A stretch of DNA of 63,185 nucleotides, filler included, from Choristocarpus tenellus KU-1152 (lineage: Eukaryota; Protista; Phaeophyceae): the NCBI GenBank assembly GCA_964200185.2. It is 14 parts of 14 records of this genome, joined end to end, with 100 filler letters (N's around TTAATTAATTAA, not from the genome) between each part and the next. Parts side by side here need not be neighbours in the genome. Positions count along the whole stretch, not along the records: positions 20,999 to 24,391 come from CAXNAD020020335.1; positions 24,492 to 28,831 come from CAXNAD020015031.1; positions 28,932 to 35,387 come from CAXNAD020008106.1; positions 35,488 to 42,384 come from CAXNAD020007120.1; 10 more parts are not named here. One strand, 5' to 3'. This document shows positions 23,471-35,728 of this stretch, in pieces. Both the position numbers and the translations under genes were made by a program. The notes beneath the pieces were generated by a model. The model did no database searches and had not been told where the DNA came from. It saw only the letters and a program-made list of their open reading frames with translations. Every line of letters starts with the position of its first letter. Within the stretch, counting starts at the first letter, position 1.

Positions 23471-25550
23471 GCCAACGAGTCAAACCGATCGAGAGGTTGG
23501 CAGGTTTGGACCCTTTCGCCTTCTAACCCTAACCCTAACCCTGTATGTACACAAAAATAGTGTACGATATATATATATATATATATCCTTCTGCACACAA
23601 AGTGACACCACTATTAAACAAAGGCTCTTTCCGCAGTTGTAGAAAACGGCGTCTTCTTTCCCTTTCTCAGGATCTTTAAAATGCAATCCTGCCTGCCTCT
23701 CAATTAGTTTGGATCGTTTCCCATCCATTACGCAACAAAATTATGTTTTGCATTTGGTACCAGTGTGTAACGTACGCTGAGAGTATGCGTTGTTTATAGA
23801 TTAATTAGCACGATATAGATATTGTATTATGTAGATGGATTGGTCAAAAAGCGTGGAAGGCATACACAATTATTGTTTCTGAGTTTTTTTTCTCAGTAGG
23901 AATTGAAAAATAAACAAGGCAAGAAATGGGACTTAGGATTCCGTTCGGGATGTGACCCAACCCTTCTATCTGTAGTCTTGTTTTCATCTTAAAAATGATC
24001 CAGTACTGTCGTCTCCGTGTACTACGACTTTTAATATCCGTACCATTTGGGGAAAACATACATGTGGCAAATCATTGTCACTTCCAATATAAAAATACCG
24101 ACCACGATTTTCATCAAGTTCAAATATATGTACCTCAAAGTATAATACTTACACTCCTCTTTGTGGTACTGATTCAGTGCCTCATAAACCTCCCCTCCTT
24201 ACCCATGACATACATTCCTAGTAACACCCCACACGTAACACCTTCCTTCATTGAGCCCCCCTGATCTGTTGTGAGCGACCATTACACCTGCATGTCTACC
24301 CCTTATAACTGGACCTTATTCACAAAACAGGATCTCACTAAAATTGAGGATGGAATATACTATGGAGGAGGGGTTTGACCCAAAATGGTGCNNNNNNNNN
24401 NNNNNNNNNNNNNNNNNNNNNNNNNNNNNNNNNNNTTAATTAATTAANNNNNNNNNNNNNNNNNNNNNNNNNNNNNNNNNNNNNNNNNNNNAGCAAATTT
24501 TCTAATTTTTGTCCAAAATGACACCCCTGTGTTGAACCCCCCCCCCCCAGATACTTTGGGTCAACAGTAATCGGGAAAACATTAAAATAACATAGCAGTC
24601 GTCCAAGCAAATAGTAGTATATCTGCTCATTCACCAATAATGATCAACGAGGGGCATACGCTTCTTGGAAAAACACACTGAGCAGACGGTGTATCACGTT
24701 TCTGACCTCTAATCTCCCCCCCCCTGTAATGATACAAGGGTTAGGGTTAGTTTCTACCAATGTCAATCTAGCTCTAACTCGTGTGCAAACCACTATATAT
24801 TTCGATATTTCCTAACTCTGCGACAAACATTATCATGATAGTAGCGTACGAATAACCTGTGCCACACAACTCATTTGAGGTAAGTCATGCACATCGATGA
24901 TCTACAGTCAAAGGGGAATACATGTTCAACCTCTTACATGAAGCATTTATCACCATTTGAGTGAGACGATGATTAGTATGTAGGTGTAGACTCAAATAAA
25001 TGTGAACGGTCCTATATGTGGTATTTCAGTCCTGTCTGTCTTCACAAGAAAGCTCTCAATTGGATCCACAAGATGAGTCTGCAACACGCAGCCAACATCA
25101 GGATCCTCTTGGGCTCTGCGTGCATACAATCGATCGCCCATCCATCAATGTTTTTTGGATTGTGAGGCAAATATGATATCGCCCACCGTGTTGTCCCCTA
25201 CTTGCTAGTGCCTCAATAAGGAGAGCCTGCATGTTTCATATGTTGGCAATTGACCTACATAGGTAATGGATATACGGAGTGATTGTCTTACAATTGGTAT
25301 TTTTGACTCGGGTAGGTGAGACTGGCAGGTGCCACTTGCTGAGCACCTAGACACCCAACAGACTCATCGATGTTACGTAATCTGGGCATTAGGCTCCAAA
25401 TGAAACTGGTACACTATAGTTGGCTTAAGGAAGGATACGTCACCCTTGGGATTGGCTAAGAACGGCCCTCGTCGTCGCCCAGACCGCTCTGGAACATCAT
25501 ATTTTATTATATCACTTCTATTCAGGTCAAGGGTGGACTTCGTGACCGAA

Positions 25551-28500
25551 ATGGAGCGACGGAGCAACCCTAAAACTACCTCCAGAAGGAGGAAGATTTC
25601 TTCCAAGGGTGATAAACATCTCGATGGGGAGAGGATCCCAAATTTTCTCGTGAAGAAAGCAAAAATCTCCCACTATTTCGAGGAGGTTGCACCTGGTAGA
25701 TCAAGGAAAGAAAATGTTGAACAGAGTACCCTACTCATTCGTGAGGGTCAAGATGACGCTTGTGATATCAATCCACAAGATGGAAGTGGAGGCATTAACA
25801 GCAGCGGCAGCAGGAGAACTGGCACGAGCGGAAGAAAAGCGTTGGCCACGTAAGGTTCTGTGTAGAGCTCGACATCAATTTGCCGTGCATGTGATTCAAC
25901 CATTGGAGGATTGATTCCTCTGCCTTGGCATCATCTGCAACACGTCACACCTCCTCCTGATTTTCTTTGTGGTGAAGTTCTTGCAGCGCTGAACCATCGT
26001 TGGACGAAGAGACTCCAAGCTGGGGAAAGCTTGTGGATCCCCGCCAGCAACAAGGATGGTCATTGCTGCGCCGTATTGGACTGGTTGGAAGAGGCGGCGT
26101 GGTGTTGGGAAGTGGAAAACTGGGTAGCTCGATCGCTTGGGCGCAAAGTGCGTTCTCTCTTGTGTATACTCCTGTATTTCAAGACGGTCGACCTCCAGGC
26201 GAGTATGTCTAACCGCATATTGGGAAGTTGTATGTCACCATAGTGTTGGTTTATCTGATCCTGTGATAGAGAAAGAAGGATCCCCTTCTGAAACGACTCG
26301 CCCTCGTCATATGCTCCAGTCCTACATTTTTTTCACCCGAGCTTCGGAATTGATACCCAAATGTTTCTTATTTTCTGTGTCGCTTGGAGTGAGTTGACGG
26401 AACATGTCTTCCTCCCTACCTCTCAAGTATCGCTCAGCGTTGTAAACATGGAAATCCCTGCACAATTGCAAAGCATCAAGGTGCTCATAAATGTGTTCCC
26501 ACTTTCTCCTCTCAGGCGTTGGAAGTACTAGTCAATTTTGGGGTGCAGCAGGTCAGAGTCAGGTGTTTGGTGGTGGGAAAGCTGTATACGATACATCCTT
26601 GCCACCTCTGGGCACCGATCACGTCAACGGGAGAAAAAGTGGGTATTGGACGGCCACAGGAGATGGAGATAAGTGGCAGGGGGAAGAAGTGAGCACTGAT
26701 GGGTTAGAAATGAAAGCTGCACACAGATGGCAAGGGGGAAAGGGTAATGAAAGTTACTCGCAGCTGCAGAACTTCCGCCTAATGCACCACTGGCTTGTGT
26801 CTTCTCCAGTTGCAGCAAGTCAGCACTTCCCACTCCCAGTCACAAAGGTTTGCTATTTCTTGATTGACCTTAATGATACTTCACTTCAAAGTACCTTGAT
26901 GCATCCCTGCTTTGTTGCACTTCACTCTTGGCTCCCTGCGGTGACACCCTGACCATCTGTTGTGTGGTAATTGCACCACCCTGCAATGAATAGCCGTTGA
27001 AATGGTCAAAACCGCCGCAAACTTTGCGCCTTTACTTGACCCCTCGCCCTCTCGTTACACCTACCTTACTTCCATTAAAACCTCCTGAAAACCCGTCATT
27101 GGCTTATTCCTCCCCTCCCTCCTCCTACGCATCAGCAACAGCTGTCGATGCACTCTGCAAATGTCAGTTGCGAACCAAGCTCCGAGGCAGCACCCCTACC
27201 ACTACCATTCCCCTGCTCCCTCCTAGATGTTGTGCTGGGCAGTAACAATATTGACCGAGGTACAATCACCGTTGGGCACGGGAGTAGCAGGTGTTTGAGT
27301 GCAACAATGCATGCCCTTACCAGTGCCCCTGAAGGAGCACTGGCCCTGGCTCTTAGACTGTACCATACACGCCCCACGTGGAGACGATTGAAGCCTGGGA
27401 TGCCACCCACTGACTCAGGGCAGGCAGAATCTAGACTGTTAAATAAGGACGCAGAAGCCGAAGCCTCTGCTGGTTTGGCCTGCATTGTTCACACTAGGAA
27501 TAATGGAATGGCTGCTGATGGAAAGGCATTACTGGATCTAGGCTTGGCCGTCCAGTTGTTCTCTGGGGGCTGGGGTGAGGATGGTATGGGGAAGAAAGAT
27601 GAGGGTGGAGGAGGAAGAGGCGAGGTTGACCGTCTAGCGATTTTAGCATTCAGAGAGGTGTTGTCTGCACAGGAGGTGAGGACATTAATGAAGACCCTGG
27701 GCTGTAGTGTGCCCACAGTGGGTGCTGAGAAACCCTCAAGAGCGGAATCAAGTGCAGAAGTCAGGGGTGGGGGATCAGGTATCATGGGGAAGGGACCAGG
27801 GTGTCGAGGGAATTCGAGGCTTAGTGCTGCAAACAAGGTGGTAGGGAAGAGGGGAGCTAAAACTGAGACTATAACCAAGGAGGAGGCGTGTACGGCTGTT
27901 GAAGAATGGGTGACTCGGCCTGAGACAGTAGAGGGGCGAGTGACTAGACTAACGAAGGCTACTAAGGAGTTGTTAGCATTGGCAGTGGGAAAGAAAGGAG
28001 GAGGTAATTGTTCCCGTGGAAAGGGCAGCGGGAAGGTCTTGCACAAGGGAGGACCAAGCAGTTGCCAAGAAGGAAGGAGCTCAGGTGTTTTTGCGAGTGG
28101 ACACGGGTGGTGTCCTGGGGACAACGAGGAGGGTCCAGGTTTCTTAATTATACGGTTGGCGGATGATGCCTATGAGGTGCTACGTCGTATTCATACTGCG
28201 TTCTTTGGATCCGCCTGTCATGGTCCCCATGACGCTGTTGCCCTTCTCCGTACTCACATGGGACGCCTACACTTTGCAACCCCAACTTATCGTCAAGGGA
28301 TGGATGGATCTAGGACCAGGGCTGAGAGAATGAGCGGTGGTGGGGTTGAGGGGCAGGGCGACGGGTTCGAGGGCCGGGGCAATCTCATGGTCGGAAAAGG
28401 GGCCAGGAAAGGTTCAGAAGGTGAAGGCGGACTCTGTCCACGAGGGGTACTGAAGCCCTTGCGAGGTGACTGTGATCCACTGCCTCAGACCCTGCAGCTG

Positions 28501-28646
28501 GGGGCACCGGTTGAGTTGGACGGGCAGCAATTTAAGGTAGCAACTGTGCCACGTATTCTCATCTCGGGAGAAGTATTTGAGGAGTTTTTCCGACTGGTGA
28601 TTCTGATGGATGCAATGGACCTGGCTGCTACTGCTGGGGACTCCGG
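25551..28646 (+). CDS. FAN1: Fanconi-associated nuclease 1 homologue, N-terminal part (C-terminal TPR/VRR-NUC region lies beyond the contig end)
   Basis: Exons 25551-25849, 25987-~26147 (donor ambiguous), 26516-26847 and 27136-28646. FAN1-like motifs appear in the expected order: SYSQLQNFRLM, ALALALRLYHTRPTWRRL (cf. KLYVRLFQRKLSW), SAP-like EVLSAQEVRTLMKTLG, IRLADDAYEVLRRIHTAFF, LLRTHMGRLHFATPTY (cf. LLVNLGRMEFPSY), RILISGEVFEEF. Long Gly-rich inserts separate them. Confidence 0.75.
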
Positions 28647-29049
28647 GTGAGAAGGGGTGATAATTTTTTGCTCCGGGTTAGCTGAATTAAAAATAAAGAG
28701 GTCAAGGTGGTACAATGGTACGATGGGCTAGGGCGGGGCAGGGCAGGGCAGGGCAGGGAGCACATCAGGGGGGGGGGGAGACAATGCGGGGCTGTGTGTC
28801 GCGTGGCGGAATTTTGGGATAGGGTTGATTTNNNNNNNNNNNNNNNNNNNNNNNNNNNNNNNNNNNNNNNNNNNNTTAATTAATTAANNNNNNNNNNNNN
28901 NNNNNNNNNNNNNNNNNNNNNNNNNNNNNNNCCTTACAAACCCCCCCCCCCCCCCCAGATACTTTGACCCAGATAGCTATTTATGTAAGTATGGAAGAAG
29001 AGAAGAAGAGATGGGAACCTACCTCGTCCTCTGCTGGACCTCCACATAG

Positions 29050-29403
29050 ACTCTTTCTAATTCAATTCATGCTCCTCTACCATCTGGATTTTTGTCGTTT
29101 TGAAATCTCTCCACGATTGCTGCTGCGAACCCTCTTGTCGCTCAGACCAGCAGAAGCCACGAAGTTTGTTGTTCACCTCATCGTCCTCACACGCTATCGT
29201 TCCTCTTCCGTTGGTGTGTCAGTGAGTTCAGGGACCTCATATTTTCGACGCGGAATGTCGTACAGACCCTTTCCACCGGCGTAACCCACCATATAGAGTC
29301 TCCATGTCGTGCAGGTCTCCACTGAAACGAACCTTGGTGCTCCTGGTGCTCCAGTCCAGATGTGCAAATTCTTCATATCGTTCTCCATACCCATGAGGCT
29401 CAT
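29050..29403 (-). pseudogene. Degenerate copia gag-like N-terminal fragment
   Basis: TTWRLYMVGYAGGKGLYDIPRRKYEVPE resembles the copia gag start 'W...M......KGLW.I'. Stops and frameshifts follow. Confidence 0.35.
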
Positions 29404-31461
29404 AACCTTTGCAGACTTTGACTGCTATTCGAGTGAAATGCGTGGAAGAAGAGAAAAAGAGATCGGAGCGTCCCACGATCCCCCTCACTTGGCTGAACGT
29501 GATCATATGGTTGAAAAGAGAAGAGTAGTAATTATTATGTATGATGGGGCTTGGTTTAGCACCTGTTGTATCTGAAAGAATCACTTCAGAAGTACTTACA
29601 ACGTTTCCAGAAAACTCCATCACGATATAGAAAACGTGTCGAACATGTGGACTTCGACCTACAATCAATTTTCAATGTATAACCCGATAAGATATGAACT
29701 ATCATCCTGAATACTTTCGGTTACATATTAATTGTGATTCAAATCGTATTCTGCACACATATCACTATCCGTACACATGATTTCGCTGCATCTCTTCGCC
29801 CACCACAGCTGTCTCTGTAGGAAGTGAAACTGCGAAGTTTTCGACTTTTTGTCCCTCTCAACTGTATACTGGTTGGGGAGTTAACTACACTGACTGGTCA
29901 GACAGGGGTTGGGGTCCGATTTGGTTCTGTTAAGACATATCTGAGCCAACCCAGTTCTTCGACCAGTCGAGTTGACAATCTCAATGGTCCAGGTTCTGGT
30001 CTGCTTACATTCTTCGAAGTATAATTTTCCTGGACTGGTCCACAACTCAATCTAGTTATAATCTTTAATGGCCCTGTAGTGGTCCTCTCAGCCATGAAGT
30101 ATATTTTACATTCTACACTATTATAACTTTTTTAATGACCCTATGAGATTAGATGAAAACTGAAAATTAAAAATTAAAAAGTCATCTGCATGTAGTAGAA
30201 TGTGGAGTCTAACTTAAAATTATCGATGGAAGCAACAAATTACATATATTTATTGATGAGTATTGATGAGTGATGAGTGACTTCCATGTCCCTCACTCCC
30301 TCATTATAGCCCATTTCCACGTATTTATATTATTACTGTGAGCCACAAAGGGTGAAACGATCAAGGCGTGGAGGTCCAGTGTGCAGACCACCGAAGGCAC
30401 TGTTTGCTTGATTTGCTATTAACACCAGTTACATTGACGTTAGTGCGAAGGGGGAAAAAAGGGCCTCAAATATATGCATACGCGGCCAGATTTTGAGTCG
30501 ATGAAAGGATAGGAAGGTGGGTCTGAGCCCTTTTGTAGTCTAAGCTATCTCTCCTCTCTGTGCATACACCCTATTTCAATTCTTTATGTGGTCAAAAGTG
30601 TTCGCAAAATTGATATACCCCCTTCCACAAACGACGTGGTACCACAATCCATTAAATATTCTTTCTGCAATTTTTCAAGATATCGTCGTTTTGCCATTTC
30701 TCCGAATCCTTAAAATGTTACCTTGCCTACCTTTCAATTACCTTTTCTCTCTGGCCCAATCAGACGAAGGTAACAACAGCGCCCTGATCAAGGAGGTGGT
30801 CGAGTAATAAGAGGAGATGGAGGCACAGAGACACAAGCAGGTTACCTTCCAGAAGATTGTTGTTGGGCAAACAGTTTTGTCATAATAGTGTCTCGTTGCA
30901 TTGATATTATAGTATATTTACAAACGATTCAGTACAATTACTACTGTAGTACAACTCATTGTTGTATACTTCAGCAAGTAATCTAATACCTGAAGTATGT
31001 ATGTAGTGTATACACTGTGCTGTACATACATGTCCTTCCAACAATTTTTGAAAATGTTTTCAGGGAAGACAAAAACATGACACCTCACATTCATTGTTCA
31101 TCCAGACGTGACTTTGAAATAGTGTAAAATGTCATGCCCTGTACCTTATTCTACGTACCTGCTGGCTGTTTATATTGCACGTAATTTATTGTGATGGGTC
31201 TTTCTATTTTGCACCATAAAAGTCGTGTGAACTGTTTTCAGTGTGTTTGGAATGTTTATTTTGTCTTCTCCCTATAAAGATCTGGAAAATATGATGGGTG
31301 GGCATACACCGTAGTGTATACCTACTCTTGCACAAAGTAAATATAGTGACTATTATACATTTGTTGGTTAGTTGAATGCTCATAGTATCCTTAATCTCTT
31401 TATTGTGTGGCCGAGCGAAGAACCAAACCAATGGAGAAATAGGCTGTTTTGGAACTTTTTC

Positions 31462-31678
31462 ATTCTAAGCCATCTTTCTTACCCTGTGCAATACACCCTA
31501 TTCCATCACTCCATGTGCATACTGGTGTGTGCAAAATTGATACTATCCTTTCCACAAATGAAGTGACACCACAGTTATCCAAAGGTTCTTTATGTGACGG
31601 TGCAAAATGTTGTCTTTTCCCCCTTTCTCGGGATCCTCAGAATGCAACCCTGTCTATCTCTCAATTCGTTTGGATCTG
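31462..31678. repeat. Old dispersed repeat family, unclassified
   Basis: Shared blocks (cattctaagccat..tgtgcaatacaccctatt..gcaaaattgata; aagtgacaccac..ggatc..aatgcaa..tctcaatt.gtttggatc) also occur at about 23600-23716, 30540-30740 and 32131-32220. Confidence 0.6.
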
Positions 31679-34600
31679 AAGTGAAATATTATACACTTGG
31701 CAATCATCTCAAATCAACCACCTCCTTGATTGACTTATTTGTGGGAGATCTACATACAATGGTCGTTTAACATTCCATTCATGTATCATATTTTTATATG
31801 GGAGAACACTTAGATGGGATTTGTTCGATGTATGAAGTGTACTACTCCATCTAAAGTAATATTGTGGTACGGCGTACATTGTTGTCTACCGTGATCAACA
31901 CCAGGCAACAGGAGGAGCACGATAATGACCGCCAATTATTCCTGCTATAAGCTAATTCCATGCACGATCAGCAAATCTTTCGGCTGGCTACCTCTTTCTA
32001 TATAGATCGCGTGTTTGGTACTGATAATAGCATGTCCTATGTTATGTAATTAGCCCGTCTTCTTCTCACTTCGTAATAAAAATAGAGTGAAATCACATGA
32101 TCGAAAGGGAGGAAGATTACGACCCTTTTACATTCTAAGCCATATTTCTTCCCCTGCCTGTGCAATAGACTATTTCATTTGGTTTATGTGTACAATGGCT
32201 TATCTAAAATTGATATTCCTATATCCCCTGTCTCCTTAGCCTTCAACTTCCCATTAAAAAGAGTGTAGAAGACAGAGGATCTCTCCCTGTGCACCGAAGC
32301 GCAGTAGGGGAGAGAGGGCGAGAGGTTATAGCAGGAAAGGAACTGTCAAATTCTGTGTAAGACATATAGTAGTGTCTGTAACTACTACAGAAGTGACTTG
32401 AGACCTGTCATTCGTTTCATGCTAGAGAAACCAGGTTGGAGGCATAGGAACAGTATACACATAACATTGTAATTACCTAGTGTTTGTAGTAGAAGTGGTA
32501 TTAAAAAGATTTTAGAGAGATATCTTAACATTTGATGACAATTATTGTTAGTTTTACAGGGGTCCTTGATATTGGTTTGACTTTTTCCTTCATACAATGT
32601 CAAACACAATAATATATATATATATATATATTCACATGTACATACTTCGAGTACATATTTTTGATGTTAATATAGTATTGTGTATATGTAAGAGGAAACG
32701 TCATCTCGACTACTTTTATGGTTTGGGGTGTTTTCTATCATTTAACTATTCCGCGTGCAGTGCGCGAGCCAAGATCGCAGCCATTTGACCTTAGATAGCA
32801 ATTCATGGATGCATGGCCTACCTAGTTCGTACATGGGTAGAAACCTATCGAGATACCTTCCGCTATCGTGGATGCAGCATAGTATTCCCAGTCAAAGGAC
32901 CACATTCTATTGTCGAATCTCGCTGAACCTGTAGAAATTTTGTTCGTTCCCTATAACGGTGCGCAGAAGGACCTAAACTTGGGGCAGTCAGGACTACACT
33001 GTATAGGTGCGTAATGAGGGTACGCTCGCTCCGTACTTCTTTGACTAGGTTGCTAACTGTTCAATAAATCCATAGCAATGTCTCAGGGCATGTATCTTGG
33101 ATAAGGTTCGTGTTGCCAATGGTCGAGTATCACTCTGGCAGCAAGGTCATTGTGATTGCCTATGTGTGGACATCTCCATGCCAGTATGAGTTACGTGTCT
33201 CGTGTCTGGCTCCTTGGTACTAGGTCATGGAACCAAGTCCAGCATGTCTTGGTGGATGCACTTTATTTCAGTGTTTTTCAACCCTGAATTGTGCTTAGTC
33301 CCATTCACACCGTTCAATTACATATAGCAGGACACACATGGCCCCTGACCCCCCCCCTCGATCGCTCGATTGCGGTCATGGTTCTTGGCATACAATTTCT
33401 CATCGTCGATCATTGGATAGTATTGAGTACAACACGAGTAGCTGGATGTGAGAGAACGTACCCCTAAATCCCTTTCCTTGTCAGGTCCCTGCCCCATCTT
33501 CTGTGTTGCTGAACTCTTAGTTCAGAGGCAAGTGTCCTTACGACGAGGAGGTTACACGGATTGTCGTGGGACTGCCCACCATCGTAGAGAAGCCTTCGAT
33601 CGAAGAAAAGACAGAGGTACTGAAATATTCGGAGGGTAGGAGCACGCTATAGGACTGAGGAACCTGGCCTCGATGACGGACCCCGCACCAATGATGGCGG
33701 CAGGAGGGCAGGTGGAGCTCTCAGCGGCGGGACTGCATATGATACTCCTTCACACCTTCGCAGCAGATGCTGAACAACGAAAGGTGCGATCGAGCTGAGG
33801 GCACTGAACTACCTTGGATATTCACCACCCACACCAATACACAGTGTTGGCACCAGCTATTTCATACTCCGACGTAGATCTTGTGCAGTGTCGTTGATTG
33901 AGCACGAAGGGCCTTCACAGAGTCTGGATAGCAATCTGTTACAACCACTCCTGTTGTTGTTCAGTGTTTTGTGTAGAGTCACACAGCAACCACAAGAAAA
34001 GGATAGGTAATTCAGGTATTTATTGTACAAGCGTATTTTCCCTTGTGTTAAGCAGACTCTGCAGCACCACCTTGAATCCACTTTTTCTTTCTTTGCCTGA
34101 TGTTGCAAACACTCTACTTGAAGTGAATGCACACACTTGGTATGTACAAGGTGCACCTCTAGAAGATAGCTATTTTATTTTTGAACTCTTTTGCCCACAG
34201 TTCCCGGCAAAGTGTTTGCCATTGATAAGTTGCCCTTGAGGTGTTACCGAGGCAGTAACGGCTATAGCCCATTTATTTTTCAAAAGTTTCTTGTTTTTTT
34301 TTAAAATTTTGGAAGCGAAAGCTTGGCACGTTCAAAAGATCACTTTAATTGCACGTATTCCATATAAATATATGTATATATATTGTGTGAATGATTTTTT
34401 CCTTATTTTTTCCTCCACAAGTCCCACGTAACATCAATTAAAAACCACCTACCTATTGAGGACAGAATGGTTGGCCAATATGTTCACGAACGTGTAAAAA
34501 ATAAAAATAAATAAATAAATATATATATGTATATTGTCTCCTTCTGATTGTTGCCAAAATTTGAACAGTCCTATATATTCCCAACTGAGCAATTCTTTTT

Positions 34601-35487
34601 TTTGACAATGCATTTTTTGTTTGTTAGTATTTGTGCATGGTGGATTTTTTGAATTGTGAGTATATAGTTTTTTTGTTTTTGTTATTGAATAACTTTTTTT
34701 TTAATGAGGAGTGAATACGAAAAGCGATCGCGTCTGTCCAATCTCCTCCAAGGAGGACAGCTGCTATCAAACCCTATGTACAAGTTGCATTCTCCCCTCT
34801 TGTTTCTACTCTTCTGTCTGATGGTCGTGTGATATCTCACTCCTATTGTTGCCATCTCCGCGGTTGCGCTTCAGATCTCTCCGAACAAAAATGAGAACCA
34901 TTTAGAACAAGGGAACAAGAAGAAAAATATACATTTTTTAAGAATGCAAAAAAAAAAAGTCTTACGCGTGCTTTTAGTGTTCCGGTTTGATAGACAACCC
35001 GCCCCCCCAAAAAAAACAAAAACAAAACAAAACACATGCACACTCTTGTTGTTGTTGAGGAAGGAAGAAGAAGCTTTTGAGAAGTGTTTTAAACATGCTT
35101 CCTATACTTGAACGTAGTTTATACCATTGTTTAGGAGAGAAGCGTAGCGCTTCACCCCTCTTCACCCCTCTTCACCCCTCTCATTGGCGAAGAAAAACAT
35201 TTGTGTTTTTTTTTGTTGGTAGATAAAACGTATGCAACCCTTTCTTTTATTTCTCTCAGTATGTACTACATATACATAAGAGCGAATGAAGTGTTTTGAG
35301 AGATTCGTAAAAAATATTCCATTTTTTTGCACTCCCCTCCCCCCCCCCCCCCCCCCCCTTCCCCCCCCCCCCCCCCCTCTCCTCCTCNNNNNNNNNNNNN
35401 NNNNNNNNNNNNNNNNNNNNNNNNNNNNNNNTTAATTAATTAANNNNNNNNNNNNNNNNNNNNNNNNNNNNNNNNNNNNNNNNNNNN

Positions 35488-35728
35488 GGGTACGAGTTTT
35501 TCCCTGTTTGTCCATTTGAGGGTTGGCTTCCCATGGGTTCTTTGATGACAATTTCCTATTCCAAAATGTTTAGGAGTAGGAAAAGTGTGTACATTATGAA
35601 AAGGTGTGTTCAGAACATAGATATTGACACTTCCTAACAAACACGACAGCCAGAATTGCATCACAATCGCAACATTGGATATTGGCCCCCAAATGAACGC
35701 GGCTCTACCCTCTAAGATACTTTGAATC
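35488..35728. mobile_element. MITE family A, cut by the contig end
   Basis: Internal sequence plus one TIR. Further partial copies at 42485-42559, ~43286-43483, ~50607-50705 and 60163-60233. Confidence 0.85.

Noticed and set aside
24995-25350. Possible small divergent gene upstream of FAN1 (GAQQVAPASLTYPSQKYQL|AQEDPDVGCVLQTHLVDP...)
   Set aside because: The phases are compatible, but there is no start codon, motif or other support.
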